Source: Gammaproteobacteria bacterium (GTDB lineage: Bacteria > Pseudomonadota > Gammaproteobacteria > Eutrophobiales > Eutrophobiaceae). From it: a stretch of 64,000 bases of DNA. This document shows, in pieces, positions 26,224 to 40,084 of this stretch. A program made the position numbers and the translations under genes. Each line of letters opens with the position of its first letter. Within the stretch, counting starts at the first letter, position 1. The notes beneath the pieces are model-generated. The model did no database searches. It saw nothing but the letters and a program-made list of their open reading frames with translations, and was not told where the DNA came from. The DNA is taken from the NCBI GenBank assembly GCA_965116495.1, contig OZ220696.1, positions 2,624,001 through 2,688,000 of the forward strand, given 5' to 3'.

Positions 26224-27554
26224 CACTGCTGTCCCAAGAAAATCGTGTTGATGTAATATAACGTATTCATTTTATTAGTAAAACAGCGATTTTTAACGGG
26301 CATCGATTAAAACTGCCTCCGGTGGCTGATAATACCCTCCTGATTTTCATCTCTATCAGGAGGAACCCTCATGCCGTCCGGTCACTATGTCTTTTCTCAG
26401 GTCATGGCCCATTTGCCCATGAAACCCTTCCGCCGTTGCGTGCAACATTATCACGGCAATCGTTACATCAAATCGTTTACCTGTCTCGACCAGTTCCTCT
26501 GCATGGCCTTTGCCCAACTCACCTACCGTGAGAGCTTGCGCGATATCGAGGTCTGCCTGCGGGCGCACCGGGACAAACTCTATCACATGGGGCTGCGCGG
26601 CGGCATGGCCCGCAATACCCTTGCCCATGCCAACCGGCAACGCGACTGGCGCCTCTACGCCGACTTCGCCCACGCCCTCATCCGCCTGGCCCGACCCCTG
26701 TATGCCGACGAGGACCTGGGGCTGGAACTCGACAATACCGTCTATGCCCTCGACTCCTCCACCATCGACCTGTGTCTGTCCGTGTTCCCCTGGGCCCGCT
26801 TCCGCCAAACCAAGTCAGCGGTCAAACTGCATACCTTGCTGGACTTGCGCGGCAATATCCCCACCTTTATCCATCTCTCCGACGGTAAACTGCACGATGT
26901 CAACGTCCTCGACCTCCTCCTCCCCGAGCCCGGCGCCTGCTACGTCATGGACCGCGCCTACCTGGATTTCCAACGCCTGTTTGCCCTGACGATGGCCGCC
27001 GCCTTCTTCGTTATCCGGGCCAAGTCCAATACTCGCTACCGCCGCCGTTATTCCCGACCCGTTGATAAATCAACCGGCCTGCTGTGTGACCAGACCATCG
27101 TCCTGACCGGTGTCCACACCGCCACCCACTACCCGCAACCCCTGCGACGCATCAAATACCGCGACCCGCAAACACACAAGACGTTCGCTTTCCTCACCAA
27201 CCACTTTGCCTTGCCCGCACACACCATCACCGAATTGTATCGCTACCGCTGGCAGGTCGAATTGTTCTTCAAATGGATTAAACAACACCTGCGTATCAAA
27301 GCATTCTTCGGCACCTCGGAGAATGCCGTCAAAACCCAAATCTGGGTCGCCGTCAGTGTCTATGTCCTGGTGGCGCTCATTAAAAAGCGTCTTCATCTCT
27401 CCACAGAACTCTACACAATGTTACAGATTTTAAGCCTGACCCTGTTTGAAAAAGTACCCTTATATCAATTACTTACTCAGAGCGATTACAAAACAGACCA
27501 CCGTGATATACTTAACCAATTGAATCTATTCGATTAATTCTTGGGACACTAATG
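26224..27554 (+). mobile_element. IS4-family insertion sequence
   Basis: Imperfect IRs CACTGCTGTCCCAAGAA / TTCTTGGGACACTAATG; 9-bp target duplication ATCCTGAGA (26215-26223, 27555-27563). Confidence 0.92.
26371..27537 (+). CDS. IS4-family transposase (DUF4372 + DDE)
   Basis: LDSSTIDL, MDRAY, YRYRWQVELFFKWIKQHL. Confidence 0.95.
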   Translation: MPSGHYVFSQVMAHLPMKPFRRCVQHYHGNRYIKSFTCLDQFLCMAFAQLTYRESLRDIEVCLRAHRDKLYHMGLRGGMARNTLAHANRQRDWRLYADFAHALIRLARPLYADEDLGLELDNTVYALDSSTIDLCLSVFPWARFRQTKSAVKLHTLLDLRGNIPTFIHLSDGKLHDVNVLDLLLPEPGACYVMDRAYLDFQRLFALTMAAAFFVIRAKSNTRYRRRYSRPVDKSTGLLCDQTIVLTGVHTATHYPQPLRRIKYRDPQTHKTFAFLTNHFALPAHTITELYRYRWQVELFFKWIKQHLRIKAFFGTSENAVKTQIWVAVSVYVLVALIKKRLHLSTELYTMLQILSLTLFEKVPLYQLLTQSDYKTDHRDILNQLNLFD

Positions 27555-28191
27555 ATCCTGAGACAACACTTCACACACCACGATATATTTGTGCAGCCCA
27601 GGCTCATCGCGACATCCCAGCGTGCAAAAGGCGGGGCGCTAAGCCGCCAACGGGTGCTGCGCTTTCTTCGCAATACCCTCTTAGAACGGCGCGATACTTA
27701 CGTTACAACATTCTTCGATTTGTATGCCTTGCGATCGGATTTTCCAGGCCTGTCTGAAGCTGCTGCACACTCAGATCCTATCGAACGAGCTACAGCCATA
27801 GAAGTCAGATTCCAGGAGGCCGTCCTGGAAGAAGCGAAATGCCTCCCAGGCCGTTTCCTTCCCCACATTCAGCCTTATGAGTTCGAGTCTCTGTTATTCT
27901 CAGACATTGGGCGCTTCAGCGAAGCAGAGTCAGCTTGGCAACCGTTTGTCAGTCAACTGGAGGCTGCCAGACAGTCGGCTGTTACCCCGGAACATATCAA
28001 TGACGGGTTTGAAACACATCCATCTGCCCGCCTCCAAAGTCTCCTCCGTCCCCGGTACAACAAGGTTCGCCATGGCGTTGGCGTATCCAACCGCATTGGT
28101 CTGGAGCGCATTCGTACCGAGTGTAATCATTTTGACAACTGGATTGCGCGCATGGAAGCCCTCCCGCCATTGTGACCGATAGAATAATGTC

Positions 28192-31317
<3,126 letters not shown>

Positions 31318-31343
31318 TCTATCACCTGTATATCCCACTCATC

Positions 31344-33359
31344 CTATTTATCCACCAGTCGTAACAACTCTACCCCCTCTTCCACCATATCACCCGCCCG
31401 GTAGTGTAGTCCCTGCACTGTGCCGTCACGGGGTGCGATGATTGTGTGTTCTATCTTCATGGCTTCCAGTACCAGCAGGGTGGCGCCTTGCTTGACCTGT
31501 TGTTCTTCGCTCACCATGACTTCGATGATGGTGCCGGGCATGGGGGAGATGAGGTTGCCGGTTACTTCCTCTTCGGTGGCATAGCCGCTGTCCGTTACCT
31601 GCTGCAGGCGGCAGGTACCGGCGGCGGCGAAGATGATCAGTTGTTCATGATCTTCGACCACGTGGACCTGCCGTTGTGTCCCGCCCAGGGTGGCTGCCAG
31701 CGCGCCGTGCGCGTCCAGGTTGCCGGAGGCGTGCAGGGTCCGCTCTCCTGCGTGGATGAGGTATGCGTGTCCGGACTGTTCCTGTTTGTCGTCGGTAACA
31801 GTGACTCTCACCTGGTGCTCTGTCAAACCGTCGTGGAACGTGAAGCAGTCTGCTTCGACCAGGTTGGGGCACCAACCGTCGGTTGCCCACCAGGGAGAAG
31901 CCGGGTCGTTCGATAATAACGCCTCCCGGTGAGTGTGGGCTGCGCGTTGCAACACCCGGTACAGTGCGGCCAGAGCGAGACTATCCGGGCCAGCCGGGGT
32001 CTTGTCCGGAACCAGGTCGGCCAGGTGGCGATCTATGAAACCGGTGTCGAAATTCGCCGTGTGGAACTTTTCATGGGCGATGATCGAGGTGAGAAAGTCG
32101 ATATTTGTGGTCACACCGGCCACCCGGGTACTGCTTAATGCTTCCAGCATACGGCGCAGACACTCCTTGCGGTCACTGCCATGGACTATGAGTTTCGCGA
32201 TCAGCGGATCATAATGCACGGAGATAGTGTCGCCTTCCCGCACGCCGGTATCCACCCGTACCTGTGGCGTTTCGGTGGGGAAGCGCAGGTAGCTTAGGCT
32301 GCCGGTTGCGGGCAGGAAGCCGTGCTCCGGGTCTTCCGCGTAGATACGAGCCTCCAGCGCATGGCCGTCGATGGCAAGCTGGTCCTGGTTTGCCGGCAGG
32401 CGTTCGCCCGCGGCGACCCGCAGTTGCCATTCGACCAGGTCCCGGCCGGTGATGAATTCGGTCACCGGATGTTCGACCTGAAGACGGGTGTTCATTTCCA
32501 TGAAATAAAACGTGCCGTCCGAATCGACGATGAACTCGACCGTACCGGCCCCGGTGTAATCGATGGCCCTGGCTGCGCTGATTGCGGCATCGCCCATTGC
32601 GCTGCGCGTTGCATCCGTCATGCCGGGCGCCGGGGCTTCTTCCAGTACCTTTTGATGGCGCCGCTGGATCGAGCAGTCCCGTTCAAACAGGTGTACCGCA
32701 TTGCCTTGGTTGTCGCAGAAGATCTGTATCTCGATGTGCCGGGGCTGTTCCAGGTATTTTTCCAGTAGCATCTTCTCGTCATTGAACGCGCCCAGCGCTT
32801 CCCGCTTTGCCGAACGCAGCGCTTCGCTGAATTCTGCCGCGCTGTTCACTACCCGCATGCCCCTGCCGCCGCCACCCGCCGATGCCTTGAGCATGACCGG
32901 AAAACCGATTTTTTCCGCCTCGTCCAGGAGGAACGCTTCCTCCTGGTTGTCGCCGTGGTAGCCGGGGACAAGGGGGATGCCGGCCTGCTGCATGATGGTT
33001 TTGGCCGCGCCTTTGGATCCCATGGACTCGATTGCCCGGGGCGATGGACCGATGAAGGTGATACCGGCGCCCCCGCAGGCTGCGGCAAAACCGGCATTCT
33101 CCGAGAGGAAACCGTAGCCTGGATGGATCGCCTCCGCGCCGGTGCGTTCAGCCGCGCCAATCAGTTTTTCCACTGCCAGGTAACTGTCCCGGGCCGGCGC
33201 AGGCCCGATGGAGACGGCTTCATCGGCCATGCTTACATGGCGAGCATCAATGTCTGCCTTGGAATAAACCGCAACCGTCCCGACACCCAGCCGTTTTGCG
33301 GTATGGACAATGCGACATGCGATCTCACCGCGGTTGGCGATTAATATTTTATTAAACAA
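31344..33359 (-). CDS. liuD: 3-methylcrotonyl-CoA carboxylase biotin subunit
   Basis: ANRGEIA, HPGYGFLSEN, EMNTRLQVEHPVTE, EAMK biotin site; operon context. Confidence 0.9.
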   Translation of the reverse strand: MFNKILIANRGEIACRIVHTAKRLGVGTVAVYSKADIDARHVSMADEAVSIGPAPARDSYLAVEKLIGAAERTGAEAIHPGYGFLSENAGFAAACGGAGITFIGPSPRAIESMGSKGAAKTIMQQAGIPLVPGYHGDNQEEAFLLDEAEKIGFPVMLKASAGGGGRGMRVVNSAAEFSEALRSAKREALGAFNDEKMLLEKYLEQPRHIEIQIFCDNQGNAVHLFERDCSIQRRHQKVLEEAPAPGMTDATRSAMGDAAISAARAIDYTGAGTVEFIVDSDGTFYFMEMNTRLQVEHPVTEFITGRDLVEWQLRVAAGERLPANQDQLAIDGHALEARIYAEDPEHGFLPATGSLSYLRFPTETPQVRVDTGVREGDTISVHYDPLIAKLIVHGSDRKECLRRMLEALSSTRVAGVTTNIDFLTSIIAHEKFHTANFDTGFIDRHLADLVPDKTPAGPDSLALAALYRVLQRAAHTHREALLSNDPASPWWATDGWCPNLVEADCFTFHDGLTEHQVRVTVTDDKQEQSGHAYLIHAGERTLHASGNLDAHGALAATLGGTQRQVHVVEDHEQLIIFAAAGTCRLQQVTDSGYATEEEVTGNLISPMPGTIIEVMVSEEQQVKQGATLLVLEAMKIEHTIIAPRDGTVQGLHYRAGDMVEEGVELLRLVDK

Positions 33360-33362
33360 TGG

Positions 33363-34151
33363 TCATTTCAACCAGGTCGGTTTACGCTTTTCCAGGAACG
33401 CGGATAAGCCCTCCTTGCCCTCCTCGGATGCGCGTATATCGGCAATGCTCTCGCTGGTCTGTTGCAGGAGTTCCCGGGTTACCGGCTTGCCCGCTACGTC
33501 AAACACCAGTTGTTTTGCCGCTTTCACCGCTTTGGAACTGTTGGCCAGTATGAGATCGATGGTCTTTTCCACGGCCTCATCCAGTGCGGATTCATCCATG
33601 ACCTCGGATATCAAGCCGATCTCTTTTGCCCGTCCGGCGCTGAAACGTTCCGCAGTCTGGAAATAGCGGCGCGCCTGTTTTTCGCCGATTGCGCGTATCA
33701 CGTAGGGGCTGATTGTAGCGGGTATCAAGCCGAGTTTTACCTCGCTGAACGCAAACACGGCGTTGTCGGCGGCCAGGGCTATATCACAACATGCTACCAG
33801 GCCGCAGCCACCGCCCATGGCCGCACCCTGCACTCTGGCAATGGTGGGAACGGGGAGGAAATTGAGCCGGAACAGCAACTCTGCCAGAGCGTTCGCATCC
33901 CGGACATTTTCAGTGCGGGTGTACCCGGCCATGCGTTTCATCCAGTCCAGATCGGCGCCGGCGGAGAAATTCCTGCCGGTGGAGCGCAATACCATCAGCT
34001 TGCAGTCCCGGTCCGTGCGGATTTCGTCCAGGACACTGCTCAATTCAGAAATAAAATCCTCGTTAAAGGCATTGTGTTTATCGGGACGGTTCAGGGTAAC
34101 CGTGGTTACGCCCCGTTTATCGGTACTACAGGTGATATATGTGTAAGTCAT
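33363..34151 (-). CDS. liuC: methylglutaconyl-CoA hydratase
   Basis: Crotonase motifs FSAGADL, FSEVKLGLIPATISPY; likely start at ATG 34151. Confidence 0.88.
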   Translation of the reverse strand: MTYTYITCSTDKRGVTTVTLNRPDKHNAFNEDFISELSSVLDEIRTDRDCKLMVLRSTGRNFSAGADLDWMKRMAGYTRTENVRDANALAELLFRLNFLPVPTIARVQGAAMGGGCGLVACCDIALAADNAVFAFSEVKLGLIPATISPYVIRAIGEKQARRYFQTAERFSAGRAKEIGLISEVMDESALDEAVEKTIDLILANSSKAVKAAKQLVFDVAGKPVTRELLQQTSESIADIRASEEGKEGLSAFLEKRKPTWLK

Positions 34152-34221
34152 GTCATTCAGCGTATCGGTGTCTATACATTCCCAATTCCCGATATTTGGG
34201 GTCACCCCAAAATATCCCAGT

Positions 34222-35829
34222 TCACATGCGGAACAAACCGAAACGGGTGTCCTCCAGAGGTGCGTTCAGGGCGGCGGAAATGCCCAGTCCCAGGACCCGG
34301 CGGGTATCCCGCGGCGCGATAATCCCGTCGTCCCACAAACGGGCGCTGGCGTAATAAGGATGCCCCTGGGTTTCGTATTGTTCACGTATCGGTGCTTTAA
34401 ACGCTTCCTGTTCCGCCTCGGGCCAGTCCTCGCCTTTTGCCGCCAGATTGTCAAGCCTCACCTGCGCCAGTACATTGGCCGCCTGTTCGCCACCCATCAC
34501 GGAAATGCGGGCGTTGGGCCACATCCACAAAAAGCGGGGGTCGTACGCGCGACCGCACATGCCGTAGTTGCCGGCGCCGAAACTGCCGCCGATGATCACG
34601 GTGAACTTCGGCGTCCTGGTCGTTGCCACCGCGGTGACCATCTTAGCGCCGTCCTTGGCAATACCGCCGGCCTCGTATTTCTGTCCCACCATGAACCCGG
34701 TAATGTTTTGCAGAAAAATGAGAGGAATAGTTCTCTGGCTACACAGTTCGATGAAATGTGTGCCTTTCAGGGCCGATTCGGAAAATAAAATACCGTTATT
34801 GGCGACAATACCGACGGGGTAACCGTAAATATGGGCAAAACCACAAACCAGGGTGGAACCGTACAGGGGTTTGAATTCGGCAAATTCGCTGCCGTCAATG
34901 ATACGAGCAATGACCTCGCGTACGTCAAACGGCTTGCGTGTATCCGGGGGAATCACCCCGTCTATTTCGTCGATTGCATATGCAGGTTCAACCGTTTCCC
35001 TGATATCCAGGCCGATATGCTTACGGGTATTAAAGTGGTCAACTGATCGTCTTGCCAGGTCCAGGGCATGCTGATCGTTCAAAGCATAATGATCCGTTAC
35101 GCCCGACTCGCGTGAATGCACGTCGGCGCCACCCAGTTCTTCCGCACTGACCACCTCGCCCGTCGCCGCCTTGACCAGCGGCGGGCCGCCCAGAAATATC
35201 GTCCCCTGGTGCCTGACGATGATGCTCTCATCGGACATGGCCGGCACATAGGCGCCGCCCGCGGTACAGGAACCCATGACCACGGCAAGCTGGGGGATGC
35301 CCCTGGCCGACATGTTGGCCTGGTTGTAGAAACTGCGGCCGAAATGGTCCCGGTCCGGGAAGACTTCATCCTGTTTCGGCAGAAACGCGCCGCCTGAATC
35401 CACCAGGTAGATACAGGGGAGGTGATTCATCAAGGCGATTTCCTGGGCGCGCAGGTGTTTTTTTACCGTCATCGGGTAATAAGTGCCGCCTTTGACGGTG
35501 GCGTCATTTGCCACGATCAGGCATTCCCTACCTGCTACGCGGCCGATACCTGTAATAATCCCTGCGGCCGGTACGGCATTGTCATACATGCCCCACGCGG
35601 CCAGTTGGGACAGTTCCAGAAAAGGCGAGCCCGGGTCGCACAGGCGTCTGATACGATCCCGGGGGAGCAGTTTGCCGCGGGACAGGTGCTTCTCCCGGGC
35701 TTTTTCATCTCCACCCAGAGCCACGATACCGACCTTCTCATTCAGGTCATCGACCAGGGACTGCATGGCCGCGGAATTGGCCTTGAACTCGCTGGAATCG
35801 GGTTTCAGAGATGTTTCCAGAACGGTCAT
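34222..35829 (-). CDS. liuB: 3-methylcrotonyl-CoA carboxylase carboxyltransferase subunit
   Basis: [36 protein letters not shown]. Confidence 0.95.
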   Translation of the reverse strand: MTVLETSLKPDSSEFKANSAAMQSLVDDLNEKVGIVALGGDEKAREKHLSRGKLLPRDRIRRLCDPGSPFLELSQLAAWGMYDNAVPAAGIITGIGRVAGRECLIVANDATVKGGTYYPMTVKKHLRAQEIALMNHLPCIYLVDSGGAFLPKQDEVFPDRDHFGRSFYNQANMSARGIPQLAVVMGSCTAGGAYVPAMSDESIIVRHQGTIFLGGPPLVKAATGEVVSAEELGGADVHSRESGVTDHYALNDQHALDLARRSVDHFNTRKHIGLDIRETVEPAYAIDEIDGVIPPDTRKPFDVREVIARIIDGSEFAEFKPLYGSTLVCGFAHIYGYPVGIVANNGILFSESALKGTHFIELCSQRTIPLIFLQNITGFMVGQKYEAGGIAKDGAKMVTAVATTRTPKFTVIIGGSFGAGNYGMCGRAYDPRFLWMWPNARISVMGGEQAANVLAQVRLDNLAAKGEDWPEAEQEAFKAPIREQYETQGHPYYASARLWDDGIIAPRDTRRVLGLGISAALNAPLEDTRFGLFRM

Positions 35830-35835
35830 GAACGG

Positions 35836-37008
35836 TCAGGCTGATTCTTCGAAAAGTTCGCGGCCGATGAGCATGCGCCTGATTTCGCTGGTGCCGGCGC
35901 CGATTTCGTACAGTTTTGCATCGCGCAGCAGTCGGCCGGCAGGGAACTCGTTGATATAGCCGTTACCACCCAGTGCCTGGATAGCTTCCAGGGCCATCCA
36001 GGTTGCTTTTTCCGCCGCGTAAAGAATGGCGCCGGCGGCGTCTTTGCGGGCCGTTTCCCCCCGGTCACAGGCCGCAGCGACCGCGTAGACATACGCGCGG
36101 CATGCATTCATGGTGGTGTACATATCGGCGATCTTCCCCTGCATCAGTTGAAACTCACCAATAGGCCGGTTGAACTGCTTGCGTTCATGAACATAGGGTA
36201 TGACCGCGTCCATACAGGCCTGCATGATGCCCAGCGGGCCGCCGGCGAGTACGGCCCGCTCGTAGTCCAGCCCGCTCATCAGCACCTTGACGCCTTCGTT
36301 GACCTTACCCAGGACATTTTCTTCAGGGACTTCACAGTCCTCAAATACCAGTTCACAGGTGTTGGAACCCCGCATGCCCAGTTTATCCAGCTTCTGTGCC
36401 GTAGAGAAACCGGCGAAACCGTTCTCTATGATAAACGCGGTGATGCCGCGCGCGCGCGCATCGGGGTCTGTCTTTGCATATACAACCAGGGTGTGCGCAT
36501 CGGGTCCGTTGGTAATCCACATCTTGGTACCGTTAAGTATGTATTTCTCACCTTTCCTTTCTGCCCGCAAACGCATACCCACCACGTCGGAACCGGCGCC
36601 TGTCTCGGACATGGCCAGTGCGCCAGTATGGGCACCGCTGATCAACCCGGGCAGATATTTTCGTTTTTGCCCCTCATTGCCGTTACGGCGTATCTGGTTG
36701 ACACAGAGATTGGAATGGGCGCCGTAAGACAGACCCACGGATGCGGAAGCCCGGCTGATCTCCTCCATGGCAACCACGTGTTCCAGGTACCCCATGCCTG
36801 TGCCCCCGTATTCCTCCTCAGCCGTAATGCCCAGTAATCCCATCTCGCCTAATTTGCCCCAGAGTTGCGCAGGAAATTCATTGGTTTTATCAATTTCGGC
36901 CGCCAGTGGAGCGATTTCCATTTGCGCAAAGTCATGTACGGATTCACGTAGCATGACGGCGGTATCGCCAAGGTTAAAGTTCAATCCAGGGTAATCGGTA
37001 GTCATCAT
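35836..37008 (-). CDS. liuA: isovaleryl-CoA dehydrogenase
   Basis: [35 protein letters not shown]. Confidence 0.95.
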   Translation of the reverse strand: MMTTDYPGLNFNLGDTAVMLRESVHDFAQMEIAPLAAEIDKTNEFPAQLWGKLGEMGLLGITAEEEYGGTGMGYLEHVVAMEEISRASASVGLSYGAHSNLCVNQIRRNGNEGQKRKYLPGLISGAHTGALAMSETGAGSDVVGMRLRAERKGEKYILNGTKMWITNGPDAHTLVVYAKTDPDARARGITAFIIENGFAGFSTAQKLDKLGMRGSNTCELVFEDCEVPEENVLGKVNEGVKVLMSGLDYERAVLAGGPLGIMQACMDAVIPYVHERKQFNRPIGEFQLMQGKIADMYTTMNACRAYVYAVAAACDRGETARKDAAGAILYAAEKATWMALEAIQALGGNGYINEFPAGRLLRDAKLYEIGAGTSEIRRMLIGRELFEESA

Positions 37009-37022
37009 AAAACCTAAGTTTC

Positions 37023-37038
37023 TTTACGTTAACGTCAA
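37023..37038. promoter_or_regulatory. LiuR operator
   Basis: Palindrome TTTACGTTAACGTCAA upstream of liuA. Confidence 0.8.
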
Positions 37039-37058
37039 ATATATCATACAGGAGAGAC

Positions 37059-37439
37059 TCAACTGGTATTTTCCATCAGCTTGTCCAGGCACTTCTTCTC
37101 GACCTCATCCATCTGCTTGAGGGTAGCTTCCACGGCATTCATTTTTTCCAGTAAAGCGCTCCTGTGTTCAGTGATTTTCTGACACAGGCGTATCAGTTGC
37201 TGGGTGTTATCCGATTGCGAAGGATCATACATATCTATGATATCACGGCATTCTTCCAGGGAAAACCCGAGTTGCTTCCCGCGCAGGGTGAGTAGCAGAC
37301 GAGTCTTGTCACGGTCAGAATATATACGCGTCTGGCCCCGCTTGGCTGGCGCCAGTAACCCTTTGCTCTCGTAGAAACGCAGAGCCCTGGGGGTAACATC
37401 AAACTGCTCAGCAAGGTTTTGTATGGAATAGCAGGACAC
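37059..37439 (-). CDS. liuR: MerR-family regulator
   Basis: FDVTPRALRFYE, LRGKQLGFSL; upstream of liuA. Confidence 0.88.
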   Translation of the reverse strand: MSCYSIQNLAEQFDVTPRALRFYESKGLLAPAKRGQTRIYSDRDKTRLLLTLRGKQLGFSLEECRDIIDMYDPSQSDNTQQLIRLCQKITEHRSALLEKMNAVEATLKQMDEVEKKCLDKLMENTS

Positions 37440-37457
37440 TGGTGAACCCCAAATTAA

Positions 37458-37473
37458 CTTACGTTAACGTCAA
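37458..37473. promoter_or_regulatory. LiuR operator (autoregulation)
   Basis: CTTACGTTAACGTCAA upstream of liuR. Confidence 0.78.
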
Positions 37474-37521
37474 CTTTAGCTATAAAAGTTGAAAAGATCA
37501 AGGTGAAAAACGCCAATTAAT

Positions 37522-37599
37522 GGGGGCGGAATAGAATTCCGTCCCCTTGCGCGTTGCATACCGGGGGCAACACACCGGGACAGAATTGATTCTGTCCCC
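37522..37599. repeat. two REP-like palindromes (GGGGACAGAAT...ATTCTGTCCCC family)
   Basis: 37522-37546 and 37577-37599; third copy at 63906-63930. Confidence 0.75.
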
Positions 37600-37613
37600 T
37601 TTTCCCAGGGTGG

Positions 37614-38174
37614 CTAACTTTTTTCGGTAGCGACACCCAGGATAATGGCTGTAGAGCAATGATAAATCGTGCTGTTCTCCGTGCCGACGCACCAGTTGAT
37701 GTCGTTATTGGAGAATGCGCGATATGGGGGTTTGTCTCCCACGTTATTGTTACACAGGCAACGGCTGCAAGATGTCTTGCCGCAGCAGTCGTTGTAGGAA
37801 ATGATGTAATTCAGGTTGTCCGCCGGATTTTTGCAGGTGCCTATCCAGGTCATGGGGGACATCTTTGTTCCCGGGGGGCAGGAATTGTGTGTGCCGCCGC
37901 AACAACTGCAAAGGAAACCGTCGATGGCACAGTAGCGCCAGTAATCGCAGGAAGCCGGGTCACCCGGGTCTGCGTCAGGGTTACCACTGGTTTGCGGCGC
38001 AACCCCGTGATACCCACTGCCGTCAGCGCCGCCCGCGGCCCGGGCTACCGGCAACAGGGGGAGAGCCGCGCCGCCGGCCAGAGTCAGACCTATGCGCTTC
38101 AACAGGTGCCGGCGCGAGGTGTTGCCGGCAACCCGGCGGGCGAATCTTTCAGTAATTTTATCGAACCAATACAT
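37614..38174 (-). CDS. TTQ amine dehydrogenase small subunit (MauA/AauA family)
   Basis: Tat motif SRRHLL, CDYWRYCAIDGFLCSCCGG, YNDCCG, NDINWC. Confidence 0.93.
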   Translation of the reverse strand: MYWFDKITERFARRVAGNTSRRHLLKRIGLTLAGGAALPLLPVARAAGGADGSGYHGVAPQTSGNPDADPGDPASCDYWRYCAIDGFLCSCCGGTHNSCPPGTKMSPMTWIGTCKNPADNLNYIISYNDCCGKTSCSRCLCNNNVGDKPPYRAFSNNDINWCVGTENSTIYHCSTAIILGVATEKS

Positions 38175-38256
38175 TTAGCCTGCCCTTAGCGTTATTTTGA
38201 TCCTGGTCTCAGCGGCCTGATATTTTCGTGTATGTACGGGGTCAGGTCGCACATTA

Positions 38257-39405
38257 TCATCTTGACGCATGGAGAATAAAAGGCGTTTCAAAAGCCCTGC
38301 CGCCGATAAGGCGCAGCCATTCACCGCTATCAGCGGAATAAACGTCCAGATCCATATTACCGTTAGTCACAACCAGGTAAGGTTGCTCCCCCTGGGTTAC
38401 TTCTATGGAGACGCCCCATTCTTTCAAGCTGATGCGCTCAACACGCTTGTTGGCATCCACGTCATAAATCCAGATCTCGCTGCCGCCGCCTTTATGGGAT
38501 CCGTCTTCCCCGTCAGGGTGCATGAGCACGAACAAGCGTCCGCTCGCTTCATGGGCTGTAGTAATCTGCCAGCCGCCCGGACGCCAGTTATCCTGACGGT
38601 CCTCATCCTGCAGTAACGACCAGCCTGCCTGTATGGCAGGATCTGCTGCGTTCATGTCAACAGGATGCACCATGCCCTTGAAGGACGGAAAATAATATAC
38701 CCCGGCTATGACTGCCGGTTTGGCAAAAATCGGGTCGATGTCGGCGTCGAAGAACGCGTCGGTGCGTTCCTGCCTGGTCATCCTGCCGTTTTCATCCAGG
38801 TGGGTGACCAGCATTGTGTTATCACCGCACAGGCTGCCGAAGCTGCGCTGTCCTGACGGGTAGATCATACTGCAACCGGCCAGGAAGATTTCAGCCAGGA
38901 ACGCGCGTTGTTCGATATCGATAACACTGACGGAGGTACCCGGAGTGAAATTGTACAGCAGCAGGAAATTTTCATTATCCAGGAACTGCAGCGTGTTCTT
39001 GTGGGTGACAATCATGCTGCGCTTGGCGTCGGGCAGGACTATCTCGCCTATAGGGGCGAGATTGACCTTGTCATAGATGCTGATCAAATCCGTCTTCTCA
39101 CCGCGCAGACGCCGGGAATATATTGATTCCGCCACGTACATTTCCGGTCTGGTCGTTGCGGCGATAAAGGACGGAAAGTGGGATGAGGGGATGGAGCCTT
39201 TGTAATTACGGTTTTCGGCCGCCACGTCGACCAGGACTACCTTGGCGTCAAGCAGCGAGAAAAAATTGGTGTCATGGGCATACACCCAGGTGTCGGGGTA
39301 GCTTGACGGCAGTGTTTCCACGTTGGGAATTGATTCTGCCGGTAATTCAGCCAGAGATACCGTCGAGATAAAAACCAGCATCAGGCCGAAAATGGCGCGT
39401 TTCAT
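38257..39405 (-). CDS. amine dehydrogenase large subunit (MauB/AauB family)
   Basis: Signal peptide from MKRAIF; beta-propeller with NFTPGTSVSVID, WRPGGWQ, GSHK. Confidence 0.9.
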   Translation of the reverse strand: MKRAIFGLMLVFISTVSLAELPAESIPNVETLPSSYPDTWVYAHDTNFFSLLDAKVVLVDVAAENRNYKGSIPSSHFPSFIAATTRPEMYVAESIYSRRLRGEKTDLISIYDKVNLAPIGEIVLPDAKRSMIVTHKNTLQFLDNENFLLLYNFTPGTSVSVIDIEQRAFLAEIFLAGCSMIYPSGQRSFGSLCGDNTMLVTHLDENGRMTRQERTDAFFDADIDPIFAKPAVIAGVYYFPSFKGMVHPVDMNAADPAIQAGWSLLQDEDRQDNWRPGGWQITTAHEASGRLFVLMHPDGEDGSHKGGGSEIWIYDVDANKRVERISLKEWGVSIEVTQGEQPYLVVTNGNMDLDVYSADSGEWLRLIGGRAFETPFILHASR

Positions 39406-39448
39406 ATTTGTCTCCCCGAATTTGCTAAATTGAATACCCGGCAGTAGG

Positions 39449-39545
39449 TATGTAGGTATGGGGTCAGGTCGCACAATGCACACCAGTGATTCGTCTCATT
39501 CCCGGCCTGATACTCACTCACGTGTGCATTGTGCGACCTGACCCC
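39449..39545. repeat. inverted pair of GGGGTCAGGTCGCACAATGCACA REP-like elements
   Basis: ~39460-39482 and reverse copy ~39523-39544; single direct copy at ~38238-38253. Confidence 0.8.
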
Positions 39546-39639
39546 ACACCCGCATACATACTCGCCGGGTGCTTTGTTAGTATACCATTAAAAGTTATAG
39601 GACAAGCTGCCCCCTACCCAGCGCGGCCGACCGTAAACT

Positions 39640-40017
39640 GAACTCAAATTCTGGATTGATGACCTGAATACCCCGGAAACTACCTCATTCTTCCCGGAAC
39701 TCTGGGCATTGGGGAACCATGACCCCTATATTGCCGAGTTGATCGATGACCTGTACGCAAAGGCCAGGTTGCCGTTGAACGAACTGATCCCGCAAATCAA
39801 CCCGACCCTGACCAGGAAAGAGGCGGAGCGGATGGCATTGTACATGTGCGCGGCGATGGAAGGCCTGACCGTCTTCGTGGGAAATGACAAGTCCTGGTCC
39901 AACCAGATCGAGGAGATAAAACGGATCACCATCAGGAACTTCATGACGATGATCAAGAACACGGCCGGCAAGCGTAAGCAAAGTAAGCGGGATGACGCGA
40001 CTGAACAGCCTTTATGA
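39640..40017 (+). pseudogene. TetR-family regulator C-terminal fragment
   Basis: FFPELWALGNHDPY...AAMEGLTVF; no HTH or start upstream. Confidence 0.55.
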
Positions 40018-40084
40018 CTTGCCTTCTCAACCATCTGTGACACACTACGCACCTTCAATAGTGGCAACATAAGGGATTCAGGAC

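Larger units (their letters stand above)
26158..28175 (+). pseudogene. DUF4276 (TOPRIM-like) protein interrupted by IS4
   Basis: MMEIIIVCEGQTEEAFVNNILR (26158-26223) continues in frame at 27564; DLY, EFESLLFSD, PEHIND, CNHFDNW motifs; 225 aa reconstructed. Confidence 0.85.
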
